Shown: positions 25,494 to 38,205 of the stretch, in pieces
Layout of the letters: the number at the start of each line of letters is the position of its first letter
Position numbering within the stretch: the stretch's first letter is position 1
Assembly: GCF_028641065.1 (NCBI RefSeq)
Contig: NW_026576285.1
Location: 62,001-126,000, forward strand
Direction of reading: 5' to 3'
DNA length: 64,000 nucleotides
Source of the DNA: Leucoraja erinacea
Taxonomy: Eukaryota
Position numbers and translations under genes: made by a program
The notes under the pieces: model-generated
What the model was told of the DNA's origin: nothing
The model's input: only the letters and a program-made list of their open reading frames with translations
The model's database searches: none

Positions 25494-26965
25494 CTTTTTT
25501 TTATTTAATATTTTATTTTATTAGAAGTAAGTACAGTCATATGGCATCAAAGTGCCTAATATATATTTTCATAATACATTTTATGTACAACTTTTTTTTT
25601 CGTTACATTGAAAAAAGATTAGAATAAGAAAAAGAAGTTAGATAGTAAAGGATAGAAAGATGTGAAATATATAGTGTGTGAAGAAAGAAAACGAGTAAAT
25701 GAAGAAAGTTGAGAGAGAAAATAGAGAAAAGAAAATAAAATAAAAAAGAAAAGGATGTGGTGCATGGGTCTCAAAATGAGGCAAGTAGTCCGAAGTTTGA
25801 GAAGCACTTTACTTTAATTCCTCCCGGTTCAGGGGAAGACGAAACCAGGTTAAGATGGCACCCAAACCCTGCCTTTTAAACCCTCCGGCTAAGGACCGCC
25901 TCCGGACTGCACCACTCCTGTGCCGAGGGGTTCGGCAGTATAATGGCACGACCCTTAGGAGCCGCCACAAGAAGATCATTATTTATAATCTTGACCAACC
26001 CTCGTCCAGTCCTGAAACAGTTATTTTTTACAATTGTGTTGCACCATACGATTCCTAAAAAACGACGAATGGAGACCAACTCGTTATGAATTGGTCTGAT
26101 TTATCCATTAGGAGGAATCGCATTTCCTCAAGATGAGCGGTGTCCAACATACTTGCAATCCACATTTTAAGCGTTGGTATTGATGTACCCTTCCAAAATT
26201 TAAGTATGAATTTTTTTGCTATTATTAAACCATAGTTAAGGAATAGATTTTGAGATGTGTTCAATTTATTCCCATCTTCCATTACACCAAATATAATCAT
26301 TTCAGTATTAGGTTCCATTCTTGTCTTGAATAATTTTGTAAATATTTCAAAAATATCATTCCAAAATCTATAAAGTTTTATGCAGGAAACTAAGGAGTGT
26401 GTTATAGTTGCCTTTTGGGCTAGACATTTATCACAAGTGGCGGATATATTTGTATAAAATTTGTTCAATCTTGTTTTTGAATAATATAATCTATGTACAA
26501 TTTTAAATTGAATTAGATTATGTCTTACATTAATTGAACATTTGTGAATATATATCAGGTATTTTTCCCATTTAACCTTCGTAATTTTTATCATTAATTC
26601 CCGTTCCCACTCTTCTTTAAATACCTCTGTCGATGGTAGGTCTATATTTAGAATACTATTATATAAATAGGATATTAATTTTTGTGAGTCAGCTTCAATA
26701 TTCATTGCTTCTTCCAATAAATCAGGAGTTACTTTTTGATATCCTTGTATATATTTTTTCACAAAGTCGCAAATCTGAAGATATTTAAAATATTGGTTGT
26801 TTTTCAATTTAAATTTTAATTGTAGTTGTTGGAATGATAGTAGGTTTCCCATTTCGTACATATCCCCGATCCTTCTAATTCCGAGACTTTCCCATTGGTT
26901 AAATAAAGGGTTATTCGCCATTGGCATTAACAGTGATAGATTTCTTAATTTTAAAGATAATTTTA
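25494..26965 (-). mobile_element. L1/Tx1-clade LINE 3' portion (ORF2 C-terminus and 3' UTR)
   Basis: NVRHNLIQFKIVHRLYY..CDKC..THSLVSC CCHC domain; A-rich tail; inserted into old CR1 sequence. Confidence 0.88.
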
Positions 26966-27649
26966 TTTGAAAGCAGTGTTTGAGAGTGTCAGCTGTGAAT
27001 GAGGACAGGTTGGACAAACTTTGCTCTTGTGGAGTCGGAATATGAGGGGGACACACACACCTGATGGAAGTGTATATAATTATGAGAGACAGAGAGTAGA
27101 GAGGAGTAAATCTTAAAGGATTTATTACACAGAGAGTGGTGGGTGCTTGGAGCGTGCTCTCAGGGGAAGTAGTGGAACCAGATATGATAGCAATGTTTAA
27201 AGGCATTTAAACAGGCATATATGCTGTACTGCTCTATGTTTTATATTAAATAATACATTGATTTTGACTGTCGCGCCACTCAGTGGCTCTTATATTTATT
27301 TAATTATTTAAAAAAAAATCTATTTATACTGTGTTCATGGGCCTATTACGCTGCTGCATGTAATAATGTAATTGTTCTGCTGTTGGAACATTTAATTAGA
27401 CATTTATTTAAAGAAGCTTAACTCTCTTGTCTCTCTTGGGTCCTGACACGTGAACAGAGAGGAAATGAAGGGGTGTGTGGAAAGGAACAGCAGATGCTGG
27501 TTTAAACTAAAGGTAGACACAAAAAGCTGGCGTAACTCAGTGGGAAAGGCAGCATCTTTGGAGAGAAGGATCGGGTGATGTTTTGGGTCGAGACCCTTCA
27601 TCAGACTGGGTAGAGCATGTGCAGGAAGGTGGGATTAGTTTGTAATGGC

Positions 27650-28760
27650 AACATGGCAACTCGCAGAACTGGGTCTCTGCGCATCCCTCTGCAACGTGAT
27701 CCTCGACTTCCTCATCCACAGACCTCTGTTCGTATTGGTGGAAATGTGTGAGCCTTGATAACAATCAGCACGGGAGCACCTCAAGGCTGCGTGCTCAGCC
27801 CCCTGCTATACTCACTCTATACCCATGACTGCGTAGCGAACCACAGTGCGAACTCCATCATCAAGTTCGCTACCGACACCACTATTGTGGGGTGTATCAC
27901 TGATGGGGATGAGTCAGAGTACAGAAGAGAGATCGAGCAACTGTCCACATGGTGCCAGCGCAATAACCTGGCCCTCAACACCAGCAAAACCAAGGAACTG
28001 ATTGTGGACTTTGGAAGGAGTAGAAGGGGGACCCACAGCCCCATTTATATCAATGGGTCGATGGTTGAAAGCGTCAAGAACTTCAAATTCCTGGGCGTGC
28101 ACATCTCTGAAGATCTTTCCTGGTCCGAGAACACTAACGCAATTATCAAAAAAGCTCATCATCGCCTCTACTTCCTGAGAAGATTACGGAGAGTCGGATT
28201 GTCAAGGAAGACTCTCTCTAACTTCTACAGGTGCACAGTAGAGAGCATGCTGACCAGTTGCATCGTGGGTTGGTTCGGCAATTTGAGCGCCCTGGAGAGG
28301 AAAAGACTACAAAAAGTAGTAAACACTGCCCAGTCCATCATCGGCTCTGACCTTCCTTCCATCAAGGGGGTTTATCGCAGTCGCTGCCTCAAAAAGGCTG
28401 GCAGTATCATCAAAGACCCACACCATCCTGACCACACACTCATCTCCCTGCTACCTTCAGGTAGAAGGTACTGGAGCCTGAAGACTGCAACAACCAGGTT
28501 CAGGAATAGCTACTTCCCCTCAGCCATTAGGCTATTAAACCTGACTCGGACAAAACTCTGATTATTAATAACCACTTTCTGTTATTTGCACTTTACCAGT
28601 TTATTTATTCATGTGTGTATATATTTATATCATGGTATATGGACACATTTATCTGTTTTTTAGTAAATGCCTACTATGTTCTGTGTGCTTAAGCGAAGCA
28701 AGAATTTCATTGTCCTATACAGGGACACATGACAATAAACTCACTTGAACTTGAACTTGT
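27650..28760 (+). mobile_element. Rex1/Babar LINE 3' part (RT)
   Basis: STGAPQGCVLSPLLYSLYTHDC..KFATDTT..NNLALNTSKTKELIVDF; AATAAA and (CTTGAA)n tail. Confidence 0.88.
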
Positions 28761-29249
28761 CCAGTACAGATGTCGTGATGCTCGGGCTTGTCCCTGTGTC
28801 ATCCTGCTCAATGTTCTTTGTTTATTTATTCAATAGTGTTTACATTTCAAGAAATACTCAGTGGTTCTAAATGTTTTTGAAATGTTGTGAAAGGTTTTGC
28901 AAGAATGAATCTATATATTTTACTTTTTTCCCAGTTTTTCATATTCTGATTTACATTGTAAAGAATCTCATTGTGTACGCACACAGAAACCAACCAAACA
29001 CTATCATACTTCAAGGCCAGAGTTTATGTTCCGCTTGAACCTGCAAACATCCTTGTTGGTATAACTTTATCAGTGTAACCATCTGTTGGCTTGTTACTTA
29101 TTTGTTTATCAAGGCAGCTTGTTGTTAAATAAAGGTGTTATATTTACCTCAGCTTCTCACTATGTAGCAGATCCCCCCCTTGTCAAACTTTTCAGAGTTT
29201 CCCTTCTTTATCTCTGTTTGCTTTGTTGCTACCTTTTCCTTGATCTCCA

Positions 29250-29650
29250 TATAACCATATAACCATATAACAATTACAGCACGGAAACAGGCCATCTCGG
29301 CCCTACAAGTCCATGCCGAACAAATTTTGTTCCCCTTAGTCCCACCTGCCTGCACTCGTACCATAACCCTCCATTCTCTTCTCATCCATATGCCTATCCA
29401 ATTTATTTTTAAATGATACCAATGAACCTGCCTCCACCACTTCCACTGGGAGCTCATTCCACACCGCCACCACTCTCTGCGTAAAGAAGTTCCCCCTCAT
29501 ATTACCCCTAAACTTCTGTCCCTTAATTCTGAAGTCATGTCCTCTTGTTTGAATCTTCCCTATTCTCAAAGGGAAAAGCTTGTCCACATCCACTCTGTCT
29601 ATCCCTCTCATCATTTTAAAGACCTCTATCAGGTCCCCCCTTAATCTCCA
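29250..29650 (-). mobile_element. CR1 family B 3' fragment
   Basis: [26 protein letters not shown]; ATATGGTT tail. Confidence 0.88.
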
Positions 29651-30639
29651 TTCCCTTTGTCCTGTTTTCACATCTTACACATCCTTATCTATACACTTCA
29701 TTATCTATCGACCTCCCATTCCCCTGACATCAGTCCGAAGAAGGGTCTCGACCCAAAATGTCACCCATTCCTTCACTTCAGAGATGCTGCCTGTCCCGAC
29801 AAGTTACCCCAGCATTTTATGTCTATGTTCTGATTGGATCTTTTGTTGTTTCCTTGCATTCTTATTTTGTTTTTTTATTATCCGTGTCATTAAGGTTGTT
29901 GGCCTTGCCTGTACTGGATCCCACCCCTGGCCCAAGACGAGCAACAAGACACACAATGACATAAAAGTAAACATAAACATCCACCACAGCAGATTCACAC
30001 ATTCCTCACTGTGATGGAAGGCAAAAAAGTCCAATCTTCTTTCATTTTATTCTCCCGTGGTCGGGGCAGTCGAACCATCGTCGGGGTGATCGAAGCTCAC
30101 GCAGCGGGCAGTTGAAGCACCTATGTCGGGGTGGTCGAAGCACCTGCGGCTTGGAGCTCCCGAGGTCGGTCTCTGACCAGAGACTGCGAGCTCCGTGATG
30201 TTAAGTCCGCAAGCACCAACGGTTGGACCTCGAGGTCGACTCCTGGCAAAGGGATCGTGAGCTCCGTGATGTTAAGTCCACAAGCACCCACAGTAGAACT
30301 GACAAAAGACGGTCTCCACCAAAGGTCGCCAACTCCTGGATGTTAGGCCGCAGTGCGGACTGAGATACGATACAGAAAAATATCACATCTCCATCGAGGT
30401 AAGATATTAGAAAATGTTTCCCCCCCCATCCCCATCCCTCCCCCCCCCCCCCCCCCCCCCATCCCCACCCCACGTAAAACAAGCTAAAGAACACTAAAAA
30501 CATACATTTCACACCGGGCTCGGCAACCTTGTTCTGCATAGGAGCCAGGACCCATGTCTGTGAGTGGATGGCAGGCCATATCTATCACCATAGTTAATAA
30601 TTAATTAATTATAGTTTTAAAAAATCGCAATTAAAATGT

Positions 30640-32600
30640 AACAAAAAGACAGGGATAGTATCAAACCAAAAGATGAAGCATACAAATTAGCCAGAAAAAG
30701 CAGCCTACCAGAGGACTGGGAGAAATTCAGTCCAGCAGAGGAGGACAAAGGGCTTAATTAGGAAAGGGAAAATAGATTATGAAAGAAAACTGGCAGGGAA
30801 CATAAAAACTGACTGCAAAGGTTTTTATAGATATGTGAAGAGAAAAAGATTAGTTAAAACAAATGTAGCTCCCTTGCAGTCAGAAATAGGTGAATTGATC
30901 ATGGGGAACAAGGACATGGCAGACCAACTGAATAACTACTTTGGTTCTGCCTTCAAAAGGAAGACATAAATAAACTGCCGGAAATAGCAGGGGACCTGGG
31001 GTCAAATGAGATGGAGGAACTGAGTGAAATCCAGGTTAGCCGGGAAGTGGTGTTAGGTAAATTGAATGGATTAAAAGCTGATAAATCCACAGGGCCAGAT
31101 AGGCTGCATCCCAGAGTACTTAAGGTAGTAGCCCCAGAAATAGTGGATGCATTAGTGATAATTTTTCAAAACTCTGGGTAGTTCCTGAGGATTGGAGGGT
31201 AGCTAATGTAACCCCACTTTTTAAAAAGGGAGAGAAAACAGGGAATAACAGGCCAGTTAGTCTAACATCGGCAGTGGGGAAACTGCTAGAGTCAGTTATT
31301 AAAGATGGGATAGCAGCACATGTGGAAAGCGGTGAAATCATTGGACAAAGTCAGCATGGATTTATGAAAGGTAAATCATGTCTGACGAATCTTATAGAAT
31401 TTTTTGAGGATGTAACTAGTAGAGTGGATAAGGGAGAACCAGTGGATGTGTTATATCTGGACTTTCAGAAGGCTTTTGACAAGGTCCCACATAAGAGATT
31501 AGTATACAAACTTAAAGTACACGGTATGGGGGGTTCAGTATTGATGTGGATAGAGAACTGCCTGGCAGACAGGAAGCAAAGAGTAGTGGTAAACGGGTCC
31601 TTTTCACAATGGCAGGCAGTGACTAGTGGGGTACCGCAAGGCTCAGTGCTGGGACCCCAGCTATTTACAATATATATTAATGATTTGGATGAGGGAATTT
31701 AATGCAGCATCTCCAAATTTGCGGATCACCCGAAGCTGGGAGGCAGTGTTAGTGTTAACTGTGAGGAAGCTAGGAGGCTGCAAGGTGACTTGGATAGGCT
31801 GGGTGAGTGGGCAAATGCATGGCAGATGCAGTTTTGGTGGCGAAAATAGGAAAGTAGACTATTATCTGAATGGTAGCCAATTAGGAAAAGGGGGGATGCA
31901 ACGAGACCTGGGGGTCATGGTACACCCGTCATTGAAAGTAGGCATGCAGGTGCAGCAGGCAGTGAAGAAAGCGAATGGTATGTTAGCATTCATAGCAAAA
32001 GGATTTGAGTAAAGGAGCAGGGAGATTCTACTGCAGTTGTACAGGGTCCTGGTGAGATCACACCTGGAGTATTGCATACACATTCTTGCCATAGAGGGAG
32101 TACAGAGAAGGTTCACCAGACTGATTCCTGGGATGTCAGGACTTTCATATGAAGAAAGACTGGATAGATTCGGCTTGTACTCACTAGAATTTAGAAGATT
32201 GAGGGGGGATCTTATAGAAACTTACAATATTTTTAAGGGGTTGGACAGGCTAGATGCAGGAAGATTGTTCCCGATGTTGGGGAAGTCCAGAACAAGGGGT
32301 CACAGTTTAAGGATAAGGGGGAAATCTTTTAGGACCAAGATGCGAAAAACTTTTTTCTCACAGAGAGTGGTGAATCTGTGGATTGCTCTGCCACAGAAGG
32401 TAGTTGAGACCAGTTCATTGGCTATATTTAAGAGGGACTTAGATGTGGCCCTTGTGGCTAAAGGAATCAAGGGGTATGGAGAGAAGGCAGGTACAGGATA
32501 CTGAGTTGGATGATCAGCCATGATCATATTGAATGGCGGTGCTGGCTCGAAGGGCCGAATGTCCTACTACTGCACCTATTTTCTATGTTTCTATGTCTCT
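30640..32600 (+). mobile_element. CR1 family A, 5'-truncated ORF2
   Basis: [35 protein letters not shown] motifs with stops and deletions; TTTCTATG tail. Confidence 0.9.
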
Positions 32601-33079
32601 AATTACACCCGCGACAATCTACAACTGTTGCCAGAGTGGAATTCCTCACTGGCCCCGCTGATGCTTCCTTTACCTCCGCTGGGCTCCCGTGGAAACCGCA
32701 CCAGCACACCCTCGTCAAAGCTGCTCTCAGCCCGCTGCAGTTTCACACACATGCTGCAGCATCGAGTTGGGGGGGGGGGCTTTCACTCCAGGTGGTCGGG
32801 AGCATGGAAGAGGTGGTGGGAGGGTAGGGTCGGAGCGAGAGAGTGTCGACTGGTGTTGTGATATGGAATTGGCTGTGTGTGTGTGAACTACTCTGGGAAA
32901 AGTATTGTGTGCGCTTTGTGTTACGCCTGCGGGCTGGATGATTGCGGCTTACAGGCTGGATCCGCCCGTGGGCCGTAGGTTGCCGACCGCTGATTTAACA
33001 CGTACTATTAAAACACAAAGAAGGAAGGGACAGACAGACTGTTGGTGAGGCAGCCATTGCTGGTGCCACCCAGTAGTCG

Positions 33080-34090
33080 GGTTGGTTAGTAAGTTTGCAA
33101 GCGCCACCAAAATTGATGGAGTTACGAACAGTGAAGAAGGCTGCCATAGTGTACAATGGGAAATACATCAGCTACAGACATGGGCAGAAAAATTGCAAAT
33201 TGAGTTTATTTTGAGCAAGTATGAGGTGTTACACTTTGAGTGGTCGAATGTAAAGGAAAAGTATACAGATATTGGCAAGACCATTAACAGCATTAATCTA
33301 CAGAGAGATCTTGGGATTGAATATTGGGTTACTAGAGCAAATGAGTCAGGAAGTCATAACACAATTTATAGGGCTTTGGATAGTCCACATATGGTGTATT
33401 GTGTGCATTTTTTGTTGACCCGTTACATAAAGGATGTACAGGCATTAGAAAGGGTGCAGAGGATTACAAGAATGATGCCTCGACTAAGGTGTGTTGGCTA
33501 CATAAAACAGATGGATAGACATGGATTGCTTCGGCTAGAATGCCGGAGTTTGATGGGACACCTGACAGAAGTACATAAAACTATGAGAGGTATAGATAGG
33601 ATAGATAGTCAGAGCAGGGGCAGTCACGGTGGCGCAGTGGTAGAGTTGCTGCTTTACAGCGCTTGCAGCGATGGAGACTCAGCCTCGATCCCGACCACAG
33701 GTGCTGTCTGTATGGAGTTTGTACGTTCTCTCCGTGACAGCATGGGTTTTCTCCGAGATCTTCGGTTTCCTCCCACACACCAAAGAGTACAGGTATGTAG
33801 ATTAATTGGCTTTGGTGTATGTGTAAATCGTCCCTAATGTGTGTAGGTTAGTGTAGGGTAGTGCTAATGCCCAGGGATCACTAGTCGGTGCGGAATCGGT
33901 GGGCCAAAGGGCCTGTTTCCGCAATGTATCTCTAAACTCAAATAAACTAAACTAAACATGGATGGAAACATTGAATACAAGAAGGCATATCTTTAAGAGG
34001 AGAGTTTAAAGGAGATGTCCACGGCATGTTTTTTCACAGACAGTGATGAGTGCCTTGATGCCACTGTCTGAGGTGTGGATGAGGCTGCTT
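33080..34090 (+). mobile_element. Old CR1 remnant with HE1-like SINE inserted at ~33617-33956
   Basis: VSKFASATKI..ALERVQ..RGIDRIDSQ followed by SINE A/B boxes and TAAAC tail. Confidence 0.75.
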
Positions 34091-35891
34091 GTAAATATAT
34101 TGTCTTGCATTCAGACAGAAGGTGTTGGGTCAAAATCTTGCAAACCCCTCCAAAAAGTCTGTAGCAGTCAGGTTTCTGCCTTGCGAGGAATCTCACACCT
34201 GGGCAATAAATTCAGGGTCACCCAGATTGCATACAGTGATGGAAACAAGCCAATAACCATTTGGTGTAACATTAAACACACAGTTAAATATTAACAGAAA
34301 ATAAATAAATCAGTACATCAATAAAGTTGATGATTCACGCTGACTGGAGTGTGGAAATTAGATGACTCGGGAATGGTATTTAGTTTTGTCTGAATAGTTA
34401 ATGTACCTAGTAAATACACTTAAGATATCAGCAATCAAGCAAATATTATGTGTTTCCACAATCACCACAATAGATCAGTAAAGCACAGGAACAGGCCCTT
34501 TGGCCCACAATGTCTGTGTTGAACATGATGCCAAGACCAACACGTATCTGCCGGCACATAATATACCCCCATTCCCTGCACATCCTACAACAAAAAGGAC
34601 AGCATGATGCAGCACTGGAGTTGCTGCGTTAAGTGCCACACAGCCGGGTTTGATCTTGACTCTGGATATGTGGGTTAATTGGATTGGTATAAATGTAAAC
34701 TGTTCCAAGTGTGTGTAGGATAGTGTTAGTGTGCAGGAATTGGTGCAGACCCCGTATCTCTAAACTAAATAAACTAAATGTGCTAACCAGTCAGTGGAAA
34801 GACAAAACATGATTGCAATTGAGCCATCCATAGTGTACATATATATGAAAAAGGGAATAACATGAATAACGTTTAGTGCAAGATAAAGACAGTAAAGTCC
34901 GATCAAAGATTGTCCGAGGATCTCCAATGCAGGAGACAGTAGTTCAAGACAGCATCCTAGTTGTTGGTAGGATGGTTTCAGTTGCCTGATAACAAATTGG
35001 GAAGAGACTGTCCCTGAATGTGGAGGTGTGAGTTTTCATAATTGGTTATATGAAGAGTAATGTTGGTGTTATTGTTTTCTGAAGAGCGTTTGACGGCACT
35101 AGGCCTCTACTCGCTGGAGTTTAGAAGGATGAGGGAGACCTCATTGAAACTTACCGTATAGTGAAAGGCCTGGATAGAGTGGATGTTGAGAGGAAGTTTC
35201 CACTAATGGGAGCATCTCATCAGAGGGCAAAGCCTCACAATTAAAGTACGCTCCTTTAGGAGGGAGATGAGGACGAATTTCTTTATTCAGAGGGTGGTGA
35301 ATCTGTGGAATTCTGTGGAAGGCTGTGGAAGCCATCAATTAATATTTTTTTAAGGCAGAGATAGATAGATTCTTGATTAGTACGGGTGTCAGGGGTTATG
35401 GGGAGAAGGTAGGAGAATGGGGTTAAGAGGAAAAGATAGATCAGCCATGATTAATGGGCTGAATGGCCTAATTCTGCTCCTATCACTTATGAACATAAAC
35501 TTATGACTGAGTTAATAGCTGTCTGCAGTGTTAACAATGACAAAACAAATGTATAGCTCAGATGTAGCATGCTAACGTCTTGGTAAAATTCATTCGAAAG
35601 TATTTATTAAATGCTCATAATTCAGACATGACACTGGTGGAACTACAATGACATTCTTGGTCTGTTGCACATAAAACACTTCCACAGCTATTACACCACA
35701 GCTTTGATAATGAGTATTGTTACCAGTGATCTGTCGGGTCAACAAAACACAGTCCCCATACGTTACTGTGTTCCATAAATACTCACATGACATGGTACTG
35801 GGTTGTTGTCTATGTGGAATTTGAATGTTCTCTCAGTGACCATGTGGGATTTCTCCAGGTGCTCCGGTTTCCTGGCACATCTCAATGATGT

Positions 35892-36170
35892 CATCCGATT
35901 TCCGTTTGGGGTGTCTGCACCCCGGGGGCATGAACATCGAATTCTCCCAATTCTGTTAGTCCTTGCTGTCTCCTCCCCTTCCTCAGCTCCCCTGCTGTCT
36001 CCTCCCACCCTCCAGCCTTCTGGCTACTCCTCCTTTTCCCTTTCTTGTCCCCACCCACCCCCCCCCCCGATCAGTCTGAAGAAGGGTTTCGGCCCGAAAC
36101 GTTGCCTATTTCCTTCGCTCCATAGATGCTGCTGCACCCGCTGAGTTTCTCCAGCTTTTCTGTGTAACCT
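35892..36170 (+). mobile_element. Penelope 3' end / pseudo-LTR inserted into a SINE
   Basis: 10-bp direct repeat TCAATGATGT (35882-35891, 36171-36180); nearly identical to the minus-strand copy at ~9203-9420. Confidence 0.8.
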
Positions 36171-37524
36171 TCAATGATGTACAAGTTTGTAGGTGAGTTG
36201 TAAAATTGCTCTAGTGTATCGAAAGCGGATGTGAAAGAGGGATAACATAGAACTGGTGTGCAGGATGGTTGGTATCAACTTGATGAGCTGAAGGTTCTAC
36301 ATCCATGCTGTATCACTCAACTAAACTAAGCAATATTATCTAAGCTGTGGTGTAGAGCGTGGTTTGTATTGAAAACACAAGATCCTTGTTGACTGACCCA
36401 TCAAATACTTGAAGCACTGAGTGAAGCATTAAATGCAGAGCCAATTACTTCTCCACTACATCATCAGGTATGTGAACAAGGAATGCAGGTTACAGTGTGT
36501 GACAAAGAGGTGGCAAAATAACTAGGAAGGAACAGCAGATGCTGGTTTAAACCGAAGATAGGCTCGAAAAGCTGGAGTAAATCAGCGGGTCAAACAGCAT
36601 TTCTGGAATGTGAAGAAGGGTATTGACGAGAAATGTCACCTATGCCTTATATGCAGAGATGTTGTCTGATCTGGTGAGTTTCTCCAGCTTTTTGAGTCTA
36701 TCTCTGGCAAGATATTTGATAGTTTTTTAGATTGACAATATGATCTGCAGGAAATAGAGGGATATGGATCATGTTGCAGTTGGATGGGATCAGTTTCGTA
36801 TCTCATCATGTTCACCACATACATTGTGGGCCAAAGGGCCTCTTCCTGGTATGTACTTCTTTGTGTTTATATAAAATGGGATTAGCAATCAGCTGTAAGC
36901 CCCCTTGAACAGACTGCATCATTCAATAACATTATGTCCAATCTGATTTTGATCAGTTTACTACATAATTCCTGCAATCCTTTATTAATTTCTGATCTAA
37001 AACTCCATATATCACAACCTGGAAAATAATCATGCACCTTGTCTCCACAGCTGGAATAGAAAGTTCAGGCAAATCATTCACCTACAGGAAAATAAATCTT
37101 CTTTGTATCTATTTTAAAGAGGCACCCAACATGGAGAGGCTGCCGAGAACAAAGAGGGACCATTGGGGACTGTAATGATTACGTTGTAACTGTGTCGACA
37201 CCCTATACATGGTGACTCTTTGTATACCTTGTGTATATAACCATATAACAATTACAGCACGGAAACAGGCCATCTCAGCCCTACAAGTCTGTGCCGAACA
37301 ACTTTGTTTTCCCTTAGTCCCACCAGTATGTTATGCAAAGCAAAGAATTTCACTGTGACATGTCATATATGGTAATAAAGTATCAATCAATCAAATGGGC
37401 GAACTTTTATTCCAAAATGTGGCGCAATGAATGAGTTTGGAATCACAGGGTAACTGCAGTGAAGGCAGCACTTAAAAAATTAATGGCTGAATGTAAAGCC
37501 ATCAGTCAGCATTGATAGAATAAA

Positions 37525-38003
37525 GAACATAGAATATAGAACAGTACAGCACAAGAACATTCCCTTTGATCCACAATGTTTGTGCTGAACATGATGTCAT
37601 GACCAATTGTTATCTGCTTGCACATAATCCATATCCATCCATTCCCTGCATATTCATGTGACTATCTAAAAGTTTCTTTAATGCCACTATCATATCAGCT
37701 TCCACCACCACCAGCACATTCCAGTCACTCACCACCCTTGGTGTAAAACGCTTGCCCTGCACATCTTTTTCAAACTTTGCCACTCATTGTAAAGCTATAC
37801 CTTCTCTTATTTGATATTTCCTTCCTGGGTAAAAAGTCTGACGGTCGACCCCATCTCCACCCCTCCCAGTTTGATATATTACTGTCAGGTCTCCCTTCAA
37901 TCCCCGACATTCCAGAGAAAACAATCCAAGTCTGTCCAACTTCTCCCTGTGTCTAATGCCCCACTAATCCAGACATCATTCCCAAAGACCTCCTCTGCAT
38001 CCC
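37525..38003 (-). mobile_element. Old CR1 3' remnant overlapping the MHC stop codon and 3' UTR
   Basis: TGCAGAGGAGG..GAATGATGTCTGGATTAG..GGAGAAGTTGGACAGACTTGGATTGTTTTCTCTGGAA..GGGAGACCTGA is a decayed [23 protein letters not shown] segment; TTCTATG-type tail at ~37525-37545. Confidence 0.8.
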
Positions 38004-38205
38004 AAAGGAAGCTGATTGTGCTTCATGGTCACTGCAGTCCTCTCCTGGTCTCTGCTGTTGTCAGCTGGTCCCTGGTTATTGTGATTTTTTTTCCTTTTCC
38101 TCTTCTTCCAGCAACCTATTCCAAGGATGATCCCCAGGAGAATGAGAGGAACAATTGCAGCTCCAGTCACGATCCTAATCTTTATATCATCTTTTGCTGC
38201 CCTCT
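37976..38205 (-). CDS. MHC class I exon 5, connecting peptide, transmembrane segment and cytoplasmic tail
   Basis: Acceptor cctacag|AG; hydrophobic [22 protein letters not shown] followed by basic stop-transfer KKRKRKK; TGA at 37976-37978. Confidence 0.85.

Noticed and set aside
26055-27206. 383-aa ORF as a host gene
   Set aside because: L1-clade ORF2 C-terminus fused by chance to antisense CR1 sequence at its N-terminus.
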